Assembly (NCBI GenBank): GCA_937894845.1
Contig: CALCQJ010000122.1
Span: 2,660-66,659, forward strand
Direction of reading: 5' to 3'
Origin: an uncultured Clostridia bacterium
Lineage (GTDB): Bacteria > Bacillota > Clostridia > Oscillospirales > Acutalibacteraceae
Length of the DNA: 64,000 nucleotides
Below, in pieces: positions 56,181-64,000 of this stretch. Numbering within the stretch: the first letter of the stretch is position 1; the number at the start of each line of letters is the position of its first letter. Position numbers and translations under genes: made by a program. The notes under the pieces are model-generated. The model was not told where the DNA came from. It did no database searches and worked only from the letters and a program-made list of their open reading frames with translations.

Positions 56181-57581
56181 TCAAATTCTATCACACAAAA
56201 GCAATCGCTGCTCACGATATTTATTAAATGAGCGAGTGCATATAACGAATACAACAAGGTTGCAAAAAATTCCGACCACATTACCGTCAATCCCCCATGG
56301 CTTGTGCATCACATGGTTCCATAACATTGACGAAACAAGTCCGGCTTCGAGGGCGCGGCGAAACGATGCCCCATTTGACTTTACACCTAAAAGGGCGGCA
56401 GCAAGCGGCACAAGTATTAACGGAGACCAAAACGAATAAGCCAACACCAGTATATTGAAAATGCCAGGGAGAATAAATGCAACAAGTACGGCGGCGGCAC
56501 CTGTGAGTAGATTTATGACACGCAGCCACCAAAGCTCAGAGCGTTTCGATATAGATGGCCGAACAACCTTAATCGTGTCGCAAACCAAGCCAACCGACGC
56601 TCCATTCAGAAAACCATCGGCTGCCGATAATATAATTGATACCATAGATGCCATAACCAGACCGCGCATACCGGTGGGCAAGACCGATTTTACAAGTGCA
56701 GGCATCGCCGTGGCCCCGTCGTTTGTAACATTAAGCGAAAAGGCAGACATTCCAATAAGTCCGGTTAATATAAATACCGGCATTGAAAACAGACCGCTTA
56801 GCACGGTTGCTCGTGCCGTGCCCCGCGGGTTGCGGCCGATAAGGAGACGCTGAGTGTATGGAGGGGCAAGTGCTTCTCCAAACATCATAGTAATAAACAT
56901 TGAAAAAAATCCAGCGGGAGTTGTACCGTTGAACGGATTTAAATACCCAGAGGGCAGTGAACCAAGCATTGTGCCAAGACCGCCCGCCTGACGGATAGAC
57001 AATAAAAGCAGTAAAGGCATACCTGCAACCAGCATTACAAACTGTACTATGTCGGCAATTATTACAGACTGTAAACCTCCGGTTGTGGAATAAAGTATCA
57101 CAATTCCGCAGCCTATCAGTATACCTATTCGGGGCTCGATTCCGAGCAAAACATTAAACACCATGCCGATAGCTCCCATTTGAGCACCCACCACACCTGC
57201 ACAGCATATAAATGAAAATATTCCTGTCAGTACTTGTGCGGCATGCCCATATGTCATTCCGATAATGCTTCCTACTGTCGCGGCTCCTTTAAACCTTTCC
57301 ACGCCAGGCACCAAAAATTTCCCTATTAATATTGTCGAAATACTAAAGCCAAACAATGCAAGCGTCATGCCAATGCCGTTAGTAAAGGCCTCGGCTGCAT
57401 TTCCAGATGAGTATCCCCCGCCTATATATGATGCAGATAGTGATGCGAATATTGTCAAAGTGCCATATCTGCCGCCTGCTGCGGTAAAGCCGTCCGCATC
57501 CTTTACTCGTCTTCCGATATATATGCCAATGCCTGCGAGCACGGCGAGATACGCTATTACCATACCGGTGTCAAATAACAT
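56181..57581 (-). CDS. Sodium:solute symporter (SSS family)
   Basis: 466 aa, about 12-13 TM helices. N-terminus YIGRRVKDADGFTAAGGR is typical of the SSS family. SD AGGAGGG. Confidence 0.75.
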   Translation of the reverse strand: MLFDTGMVIAYLAVLAGIGIYIGRRVKDADGFTAAGGRYGTLTIFASLSASYIGGGYSSGNAAEAFTNGIGMTLALFGFSISTILIGKFLVPGVERFKGAATVGSIIGMTYGHAAQVLTGIFSFICCAGVVGAQMGAIGMVFNVLLGIEPRIGILIGCGIVILYSTTGGLQSVIIADIVQFVMLVAGMPLLLLLSIRQAGGLGTMLGSLPSGYLNPFNGTTPAGFFSMFITMMFGEALAPPYTQRLLIGRNPRGTARATVLSGLFSMPVFILTGLIGMSAFSLNVTNDGATAMPALVKSVLPTGMRGLVMASMVSIILSAADGFLNGASVGLVCDTIKVVRPSISKRSELWWLRVINLLTGAAAVLVAFILPGIFNILVLAYSFWSPLILVPLAAALLGVKSNGASFRRALEAGLVSSMLWNHVMHKPWGIDGNVVGIFCNLVVFVICTRSFNKYREQRLLLCDRI

Positions 57582-57613
57582 TACCCCGCCCTCCTATCTC
57601 TTGATTATTGAAT

Positions 57614-57681
57614 AAAATGCATTAAAACCACATCAATCTTTTGTAAGGAACGCCGTTCCCGGCGTTCCGCACGGTTTTTAC
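57614..57681 (+). repeat. 68-nt REP-like element, copy A
   Basis: AAAATGCATTAAAACCACATCAATCTTTTGTAAGGAACGCCGTTCCCGGCGTTCCGCACGGTTTTTAC. Differs from copy B at 2 positions. Confidence 0.85.
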
Positions 57682-57757
57682 AGCAGCCCGCTAATAATGA
57701 CAAGATGGTCTATTTTCTACAATGATATTTCCTATTGTGGCTCTCTTAATTTCAATC

Positions 57758-57779
57758 GGAACGCTGAGGACAGCGTTCC
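57758..57779 (-). repeat. REP-like hairpin in inverted orientation with compensated stem changes
   Basis: On the minus strand it reads CCGTAG-GGAACGCTG-TCCT-CAGCGTTCC-GATTG. The CCG/CGG pairs of the other copies are CTG/CAG here, so pairing is preserved. Confidence 0.75.
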
Positions 57780-57867
57780 CTACGGTTGCAAGGATACATT
57801 TTAAACAATGCACAATGAATGATATTCATTCGTGAGGAAAGTAGATCGCATAGTATATTTATTATGT

Positions 57868-57935
57868 AAAATGCATTAAAACCACATCAATCTTTTGTAG
57901 GGAACGCCGTCCCCGGCGTTCCGCACGGTTTTTAC
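57868..57935 (+). repeat. 68-nt REP-like element, copy B
   Basis: Direct repeat of 57614-57681, 254 nt downstream. Confidence 0.85.
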
Positions 57936-58012
57936 TAATATTAATACTATGGGCGGCCAAGCACAAATATGCCGCATAACATTTAGTCATGCGGCATAAT
58001 ACTTTGAATATT

Positions 58013-58849
58013 TTATTGTATTTTCATTGATATATCCAAGGCAGTAACCGAATGGGTAAGCGCCCCTATTGATATTATATCAACGCCGGTCAGAGCAACT
58101 TCACGCAGGTTTTGTTCAGTTATTCCGCCGCTTGCCTCAAGCAGTGCTCGCCCTGCATTAAGCGTTACCGCCTCTTTCATTTGATCACAGCTCATATTGT
58201 CAAGCATGATTACATCTGCACCCGCATTTACAGCTTCGCGGACCTCGTCAATATTGCGGGTTTCAACCTCCAGCTTTACCATGTGTCCAAGCTTATTGCG
58301 CACAGCTGAAATTGCCGCCGTAATGCTGCCTGCAGCATCAATATGGTTGTCTTTGAGCATCGCACCGTCCGAAAGGTTAAAGCGGTGGTTGTGGCCTCCT
58401 CCGACCATTACGGCATATTTTTGCAAAGGACGCAGACCGGGCAGAGTTTTGCGAGTGTCAGTTATTGATGCGTTAGTCCCTGTTACAATCTGTACGCAGC
58501 GGTTTGTTGCTGTTGCAATACCTGACATGTGTTGAAGCAGGTTGAGTGCTGTTCTTTCACCTTTAAGCAGACATCGAATACTGCCGCTAAACTCGGCAAT
58601 GCAATCGCCCGGCTTAATATGCTCACCGTCATGCTTGTATACAGTTGATTTAAAGCTGTCATCCAGCAAGGCAAATACGCGCAGAGCCGTATTTATCCCG
58701 CACACAACCCCTTCTGCCTTGGCGACAAACCGTGCCGAGCCACGAATTTCTTGTGATATCAACAAATCGGTTGTAGTATCAATATAATTGATGTCTTCGC
58801 GCAGTGCGGTTTTGATTACATCGTCAATATAAAAAATAGGCAATTCCAT
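58013..58849 (-). CDS. nadC: Nicotinate-nucleotide pyrophosphorylase (quinolinate phosphoribosyltransferase)
   Basis: 278 aa. Pattern TRKTLPGLR...AVMVGGGHNHR...MLDN. Confidence 0.9.
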   Translation of the reverse strand: MELPIFYIDDVIKTALREDINYIDTTTDLLISQEIRGSARFVAKAEGVVCGINTALRVFALLDDSFKSTVYKHDGEHIKPGDCIAEFSGSIRCLLKGERTALNLLQHMSGIATATNRCVQIVTGTNASITDTRKTLPGLRPLQKYAVMVGGGHNHRFNLSDGAMLKDNHIDAAGSITAAISAVRNKLGHMVKLEVETRNIDEVREAVNAGADVIMLDNMSCDQMKEAVTLNAGRALLEASGGITEQNLREVALTGVDIISIGALTHSVTALDISMKIQ

Positions 58850-58883
58850 TAAGCAGCACCTCCCAAAATTAATGAATATTATG

Positions 58884-60374
58884 TCAATGTAAGTCTTCCA
58901 ACCACGATTCCTCGGGCTCTTTTTGTACTACCTCTTTTAATAGTAATGTGCAAATAGTGGCAAGACTTTTTGCTTCAAGGTAATCAGAGGTAATTGCATA
59001 GTCATTATTTTTCAGCTTTTTTAAAATTTTGGTAGATTCTTTGAGGCCATCATGTACGGCTTCATAGTTGGGAACAACAAACCAGGCTCGCCCGATAATT
59101 TGGCGAATGCTGGTTCTATAGCCGGGCTCAAGAGCGCGTTTGCCTGTAGGCAGTGGGGGAGGCGGAGAGGTGACGCTGCTTTGCTCATGGCGCATTCTGC
59201 GGCTTATGTCGTAGGTGCAGCGGCGTGCAAACACCAATGCTTCTAAAAGTGAATTGCTTGCAAGGCGATTCATGCCGTGCACACCTGTATGCGAGCATTC
59301 GCCGGCTGCGTATAATCGGTCAACCGTTGTGTCTCCATACACATTCACGTTAATACCGCCCATCAAATAATGCTGGCACGGAAACACAGGGATACGGTCT
59401 TTTGCGATGTCTATACCCTCTTCAAGACAACGTTCGTATATCATTGGAAACCGCCGTTTTATAAACTCTTCACCGCGACCGGTTATGTCCAGATAAAAAT
59501 CCTCGTTTCCTGTGCGTATTGATTCTTTTATAATCGAGCGCGATACTACATCTCGGGGGGCAAGCTCTCCGCGTTTGTCATAGCTTTTCATAAACTGTTC
59601 GCCAAAGCAATTAACAAGAATCGCTCCCTCGCCGCGCACAGCTTCGGATATCAGAAATCGTTCTCTTCCTTGCGCCGCGGCAAATGCAGTGGGGTGAAAC
59701 TGGATAAGGTGCAAGTTTTTTGTCTTGGCTCCAAGTTCGTGAGCGAGCGTGATGCCGTCACCGGTTGCAATTGCGGAGTTTGTCGTGTACGGGTACATTC
59801 TACCAATTCCTCCCGTGCACAGTATGCAGTATGAGCAGGATATATAGTGAAAACCCTGTTGGTCCAGCACACCCGCCCAAAAGCCCCCTTGGACCGGTTT
59901 GAGTGAGGACAAATGGGTATATTCCATAAATGTGATGTTTGAGCGCGACTTAGCAGCGGCAAGCAGCTTGCTGGTGATTTCACGACCCGTCGAGTCCTTG
60001 TGATGAAGGATGCGGCGCCTCGAATGCCCGCCCTCCAGCGTCATTGATATTTGCCGAGTTTCATCGCGATCAAATTCCACGCCCATTTGCTTAATAAGGC
60101 GCAACACATCTTCAGGACCTTCGTTTACAAGTATTTCAAGGCTGCGAAGATCGTTTTTATATCCACCTGCAATCAGCGTGTCGGCGATATGCAGCCGGTA
60201 ATCGTCGTCGGTTTTATCAACTACAGCCGCGACACCACCTTGCGCTAAATAGCTGTTGCATAATGTCAGCTCACGCTTGGATAGCACCAAAACCTTGGTT
60301 TCGGGTTCAAAATTAAGTGCGGCATATAATCCGGCAACACCCGAACCGGCTATAAGCACATCGTATTCATTCAT
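58884..60374 (-). CDS. nadB: L-aspartate oxidase
   Basis: FAD motif DVLIAGSGVAGL. The body is flavoprotein-like, similar to the succinate dehydrogenase/fumarate reductase family. Confidence 0.9.
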   Translation of the reverse strand: MNEYDVLIAGSGVAGLYAALNFEPETKVLVLSKRELTLCNSYLAQGGVAAVVDKTDDDYRLHIADTLIAGGYKNDLRSLEILVNEGPEDVLRLIKQMGVEFDRDETRQISMTLEGGHSRRRILHHKDSTGREITSKLLAAAKSRSNITFMEYTHLSSLKPVQGGFWAGVLDQQGFHYISCSYCILCTGGIGRMYPYTTNSAIATGDGITLAHELGAKTKNLHLIQFHPTAFAAAQGRERFLISEAVRGEGAILVNCFGEQFMKSYDKRGELAPRDVVSRSIIKESIRTGNEDFYLDITGRGEEFIKRRFPMIYERCLEEGIDIAKDRIPVFPCQHYLMGGINVNVYGDTTVDRLYAAGECSHTGVHGMNRLASNSLLEALVFARRCTYDISRRMRHEQSSVTSPPPPLPTGKRALEPGYRTSIRQIIGRAWFVVPNYEAVHDGLKESTKILKKLKNNDYAITSDYLEAKSLATICTLLLKEVVQKEPEESWLEDLH

Positions 60375-60397
60375 ATATTAGTCTAACCTTCCAACGT

Positions 60398-61546
60398 TTA
60401 TCCACGAAATCTTTTTAACAAATTTTCAATTTTAAGATGCGGATCAATTATTTTGCTTACCGACACATCATGGTTTAGTGCTGCGATAAAGTATGCGATA
60501 TATTTTGAAACATCGACTTCATAAAACCAATTGCGGCTTTTTAACTCTTCGCTGCGGTAAGTGAGGTTTGTTCCGAATACGCCCGATATTACGCCGTCAT
60601 TATATGCTTTATCAAAGCTGTCTAACCCGCCGGTAAATATTGCGTAAGTGGCGTATGCATAAATATTGCGCGCCTTGCGTTTTTTTAGCTCGTATGCAAT
60701 GTCGAGCATGGATTCACCTGAAGATATGATGTCGTCAGCGATAAACACATCCATGCCGTCAACCGAATTGCCGAGATATTCATGCGCTACAATTGGATTG
60801 CGGCCGTTCACTATAGTAGAATAGTCACGGCGTTTATAGAACATGCCCAAGTCTACACCAAGTACTGATGCATAAAACATATTACGACTCATTGCACCCT
60901 CATCTGGGCTAACTATCATCAAATGGTCTTGGTCGGGTTTTATATCGGGGACATTATTAAAAAGCGCCTTTAAAACCTGATAATATGGAATAACATTGTC
61001 AAAGCCCATCAAAGGTACGGCGTTCTGCACCCGTGAATCATGTGCGTCAAAGGTAATAATATTGGCTACACCCATGCTTCTAAGCTCTTGAAGAGCAACG
61101 GCGCAATCGAGGGATTCACGGTAATTTCTCCGATGTTGCCTGCCCCCATACAAAATGGGCATGATTACATTAACGCGGTGTGCTTTTCCGCCTGTTGCCT
61201 GTATAATGCGCTTCAGATCCTGATAGTGGTCATCGGGTGACATTACATTCTCATGGCCAAACATCTTATATGTGCAGCTATAGTTTCCCACATCAACCAA
61301 GACAAACAAGTCATCACCGCGAATGCTTGAATGAATTATACCTTTGGCATCACCCGAGGAAAAACGCGGGCACTCAGAGTCAACTATAAATGAGTCACAC
61401 GATCTGCCACTGTTTGCCGCCCAGCGCGTCAAGTGTCGGTCTATTTTAATCCCAAGCTCCCGGCACCCTTGCATCGCAATCAAGCTAAGAGGCGCGACGC
61501 AATCCTCGTGATTGAATATCATTTCACTGGGTTTTACTTCAGCCAA
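60398..61546 (-). CDS. prs: Ribose-phosphate diphosphokinase family protein (long form)
   Basis: FDAHD and the PRPP loop FIADDIISSGES. TTG start 7-8 nt after SD AAGGAGAAG. Confidence 0.75.
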   Translation of the reverse strand: MAEVKPSEMIFNHEDCVAPLSLIAMQGCRELGIKIDRHLTRWAANSGRSCDSFIVDSECPRFSSGDAKGIIHSSIRGDDLFVLVDVGNYSCTYKMFGHENVMSPDDHYQDLKRIIQATGGKAHRVNVIMPILYGGRQHRRNYRESLDCAVALQELRSMGVANIITFDAHDSRVQNAVPLMGFDNVIPYYQVLKALFNNVPDIKPDQDHLMIVSPDEGAMSRNMFYASVLGVDLGMFYKRRDYSTIVNGRNPIVAHEYLGNSVDGMDVFIADDIISSGESMLDIAYELKKRKARNIYAYATYAIFTGGLDSFDKAYNDGVISGVFGTNLTYRSEELKSRNWFYEVDVSKYIAYFIAALNHDVSVSKIIDPHLKIENLLKRFRG

Positions 61547-61802
61547 TGTTAACTTCTCCTTTTTTCATGTAATTAATGCTCACTGAATAATACCGTTTGC
61601 GAAAAATATTATATTTAGCTCTCTAACAAAGAGCATAATAATCGCTAGTTAAATTGTATCACATTCTGCTAAAAAAGTAATTAAAATTAATTAAAACAAT
61701 ATTCGCTCCAAACTATTGATAATGCACAACTCGGACATGCACGCCCAATACTTTAATACTAATAGATTATTTAAATTTTCCTAAATAAAATGACAAACTG
61801 GG

Positions 61803-61848
61803 CTAAAAGAAAAACCGTTCGCACCAATATACTTTGGGCGGACGGTTT
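61803..61848 (-). terminator. Intrinsic terminator of the rpsF-ssb-rpsR operon
   Basis: AAACCGTCCGC / GCGAACGGTTT stem with one G-U pair, followed by TTTTCTTTT on the minus strand. Confidence 0.7.
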
Positions 61849-61857
61849 AAAGATAAA

Positions 61858-62124
61858 TTAATCGCTCTCAAACGGGAGCAGTGCAATATGACGGGCACGT
61901 TTAATTGCAACTGTCATTTTACGCTGGTGTCCGGCACAATTGCCGGTAACCCGACGCGGAAGTATTTTTGCCCTTTCGGACATGCAGCGACGCAAACGCG
62001 CGACATCCTTATAATCAATCGTATCAATTTTATCAACGCAGAAGCTGCACACCTTGCGACGACCTTTTCGGTTGCCCCGCGCCTGGCGTGCTGGCCTTTC
62101 TGCTCTATCCGGTTTGTCAGCCAT
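61858..62124 (-). CDS. rpsR: 30S ribosomal protein S18
   Basis: [36 protein letters not shown]. Confidence 0.95.
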   Translation of the reverse strand: MADKPDRAERPARQARGNRKGRRKVCSFCVDKIDTIDYKDVARLRRCMSERAKILPRRVTGNCAGHQRKMTVAIKRARHIALLPFESD

Positions 62125-62151
62125 GATTTATTGGCCTCCTTTACTAATAAA

Positions 62152-62607
62152 TTAAAACGGCAGCTCTTCGTCGCCCACAATTTCCTCAAAATCTCCGGGT
62201 TCGGCGGTTGAGAAAGCAGGCTGTGTTTCATTGAACTGCGGTATTTGCGAATCAAAATTACCGGCAGGGGATGTGCCCCCGCTGCTACGCTTTGACTCGC
62301 CAAAAAATACGTTGTCGGCAACCACCTCGTAGGCTGTTCTCTTGTTGCCGTCTTTATCGGTGTAGCGTCTGGTCTGAAGCGAACCTTGGACGGCAATCAT
62401 CGAGCCCTTATGAAAATAACGGCTAATAAATTCGGCAGTGCCGCGCCATGCAACAATGTCAATCCAGTCGGTTTGCTTTTCCTGACCTTTGGGCTGGAAC
62501 GTACGGTCTACCGCAATACTAAAACTGGTAACCGGGATTTGCGATTGTGTATGCCGCAGTTCGGGGTCGGCTCCAAGCCGTCCCATCAGACAAACAACGT
62601 TCAGCAT
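62152..62607 (-). CDS. ssb: Single-stranded DNA-binding protein
   Basis: OB-fold N-terminus MLNVVCLMGRLGADPELR and acidic tail DEELPF. Confidence 0.95.
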   Translation of the reverse strand: MLNVVCLMGRLGADPELRHTQSQIPVTSFSIAVDRTFQPKGQEKQTDWIDIVAWRGTAEFISRYFHKGSMIAVQGSLQTRRYTDKDGNKRTAYEVVADNVFFGESKRSSGGTSPAGNFDSQIPQFNETQPAFSTAEPGDFEEIVGDEELPF

Positions 62608-62619
62608 TTTTGTTCCTCC

Positions 62620-62916
62620 CTACTTATCGTTACGGATAATTAGTGACCGCAGTACACCTTCGGTGATTTTGCAGACACGATCAAGCTCTGCCGGAAAATC
62701 CGAATCGCTGTCAAATTTGTAAAGCACATAAAAGCCTTCACTTTCGTCGTTAATCAAGTAGGCAAGTCTTCGCTTGCCCCATTCATCAATTTCGACATTC
62801 TCGGCATTCTGCTCGAGCAGCGATTTGAACTTGTCCACCAAAGTGGCAATTCCTTCCTCTCCTAAAGTTATGGAAAAGATAAGAACAGCCTCATAGGACC
62901 CTTTTACTGTGGGCAT
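62620..62916 (-). CDS. rpsF: 30S ribosomal protein S6
   Basis: YEAVLIF...WGKRRLAY. Confidence 0.95.
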   Translation of the reverse strand: MPTVKGSYEAVLIFSITLGEEGIATLVDKFKSLLEQNAENVEIDEWGKRRLAYLINDESEGFYVLYKFDSDSDFPAELDRVCKITEGVLRSLIIRNDK

Positions 62917-62980
62917 AATTGCACCTCCTTATGGCCTGATGGCCCTGGTTCACTGACCGGGGCAAGGATGGGTATTCACC
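62917..62980 (-). promoter_or_regulatory. Structured rpsF 5' leader (candidate S6:S18 autoregulatory element)
   Basis: The minus-strand RNA is ...CCCAUCCUUGCCCCGGUCAGUGAACCAGGGCCAUCAGGCCAUAAGGAGGUG. It can form the hairpins CCCGGU/ACC(A)GGG and GGCC-AUCA-GGCC directly abutting the SD. Confidence 0.4.
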
Positions 62981-62984
62981 ATTA

Positions 62985-63014
62985 TATATACTGCTGATTA
63001 ATCAACAGTGTCAA
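62985..63014 (-). promoter_or_regulatory. Sigma-A promoter of the rpsF operon
   Basis: On the minus strand: TTGACA (63014-63009), an 18-nt spacer, then TATATA(TAAT). Confidence 0.55.
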
Positions 63015-63105
63015 TATTATATCAGCACTCCCTTTTGCAGTCAAGCTTTTCGATGATGATATTCAACGCATGGGTATTGTTGATTGCATACGGTATCAAT
63101 CATTT

Positions 63106-63143
63106 GGGCGGATATGCGGGCGGATATAGAATCCGCCCCTACG
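63106..63143 (-). repeat. REP-like hairpin (GGGCGGAT subfamily) with a duplicated arm
   Basis: On the minus strand: CGTAG-GGGCGGAT-TCTAT-ATCCGCCC-GCATATCCGCCC. The hairpin proper is 63118-63138. Confidence 0.7.
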
Positions 63144-63249
63144 ACTTCGTATATGTCCGGCTCAAGTGTTAAAATACTTTACATTGTCGTTAAAATCCCA
63201 TATAATGTGATTTGTGAATCTTATTCGATAATAAAGGGATGTAATCCGA

Positions 63250-64000
63250 ATGCTTCAATATGAAGAACTACGGCAAAAACTTGAAGAGCTTAAGCCTAAT
63301 ATTGATGACCTGGCATCGGCGTTAGGGCTGGAACGCTTGCGCAGTGAAGTTGGCGGGCTGCAATCAAAGGCTGCGTCTCGCGGCTTTTGGGACGATATGG
63401 ACGCCGCACAATCTGTTTTGCGGCGAACTTCCGAGTTAAAGACTACTATTAACAATTACGAACACTTAGTGTCGATGTATCACGATGCCGAAACACTAAT
63501 CCAGCTTGCCGATGAAGAACAGGACGAGTCGCTGCTTGAGGAATGCACCATCGCAGTCGACGAAGTGCGGCATGAAACCGAAAAACAACGGTTGTCTACA
63601 CTGTTAACCGGCGAATACGACAGCAAAAATGCTATACTCACATTCCACGCGGGGGCGGGTGGCACCGAGGCCCAGGATTGGGCAGAAATGCTGTACCGTA
63701 TGTATACGCGCTGGGCGGAACGGCACGGCTATAAGTACGAAATCCTTAATTATCTTGACGGCGACGAGGCAGGCCTTAAAAGTGCATCAATTTTAATAAA
63801 CGGACTCAACGCCTATGGTTATCTCAAGCCGGAATCCGGCATTCATCGCCTTGTGCGCATTTCTCCGTTCGATGCCTCGGGCAGGCGGCACACTTCATTT
63901 GCAGCACTTGAAGTTATTCCGGAGATTGACGACTCGGTTGAAGTTGAAATACGCCCGGAGGACTTGAGAGTTGACACTTACCGCTCAGGTGGCGCAGGCG
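63250..64000 (+). CDS. prfB: Peptide chain release factor 2, truncated by the 3' end of the window
   Basis: Continuous frame from the ATG at 63250. RF2 tripeptide SPF (RISPFD). The N-terminal helical domain ends ...FHAGAGGTEAQDW. There is no internal stop in the first 250 codons. Confidence 0.9.
   Translation, partial: MLQYEELRQKLEELKPNIDDLASALGLERLRSEVGGLQSKAASRGFWDDMDAAQSVLRRTSELKTTINNYEHLVSMYHDAETLIQLADEEQDESLLEECTIAVDEVRHETEKQRLSTLLTGEYDSKNAILTFHAGAGGTEAQDWAEMLYRMYTRWAERHGYKYEILNYLDGDEAGLKSASILINGLNAYGYLKPESGIHRLVRISPFDASGRRHTSFAALEVIPEIDDSVEVEIRPEDLRVDTYRSGGAG

Noticed and set aside
57614-57935. Possible miniature CRISPR array, given direct repeats with a spacer
   Set aside because: There are only two direct copies. 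The repeat unit is 68 nt and the gap is 186 nt (57682-57867), a 254-nt period, which is not CRISPR-like. The gap contains an inverted copy of the same hairpin. Relatives occur singly elsewhere, and no cas genes are present.

Overview
This 64-kb window looks like a Gram-positive anaerobe, probably Clostridia-like. The evidence is AddAB instead of RecBCD, a radical-SAM anaerobic sulfatase maturase, GGAGG-type Shine-Dalgarno (SD) sites, and an rpsF-ssb-rpsR operon. I recognised no rRNA, tRNA, CRISPR array, transposase or integrase. The window has two parts. (1) About 1-32 kb is visibly AT-richer and is an accessory glycan-utilisation island. It holds a cytoplasmic Cys-type sulfatase with its anSME maturase, a GntR/sugar-binding regulator, and a long plus-strand operon. 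That operon has two ATPase-less CUT1-type ABC importers: a 969-aa membrane-anchored binding protein with two CBM-like modules, four permeases and a lipoprotein binding protein. The importers are interrupted by an NHL-TPR-Yip1 membrane protein and an 877-aa membrane-anchored protein of unknown function. Downstream are a secreted GxGYxYP-family protein, a 1424-aa surface protein made of tandem CBM-like repeats with an SPxTG-type sorting signal, cytoplasmic GH78 and GH38 enzymes, and a cell-anchored alkaline phosphatase. (2) About 32.7-64 kb is GC-richer and mostly housekeeping. It holds a GH25 muramidase, a TVP38 protein, a heterodimeric ABC exporter, addBA, rhaM, aroK/aroE, acpP, rsmA, cdd, a dCMP deaminase, a PBP5-like protein with a degenerate active site, a metallophosphoesterase, a family-4 UDG, pduL, a Na+/solute symporter, prs-nadB-nadC, rpsF-ssb-rpsR and the 5' part of prfB. 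This half also carries a ~1.9-kb lower-GC insertion of three unknown genes (46.9-48.7 kb) and a family of REP-like TAGGG-hairpin elements found only in intergenic DNA. The best candidates for undescribed biology are the ABC/NHL-Yip1/unknown-giant module in the island and the orphan insertion at 46.9-48.7 kb. All family assignments come from motifs read by eye in the translations. No database search was run.
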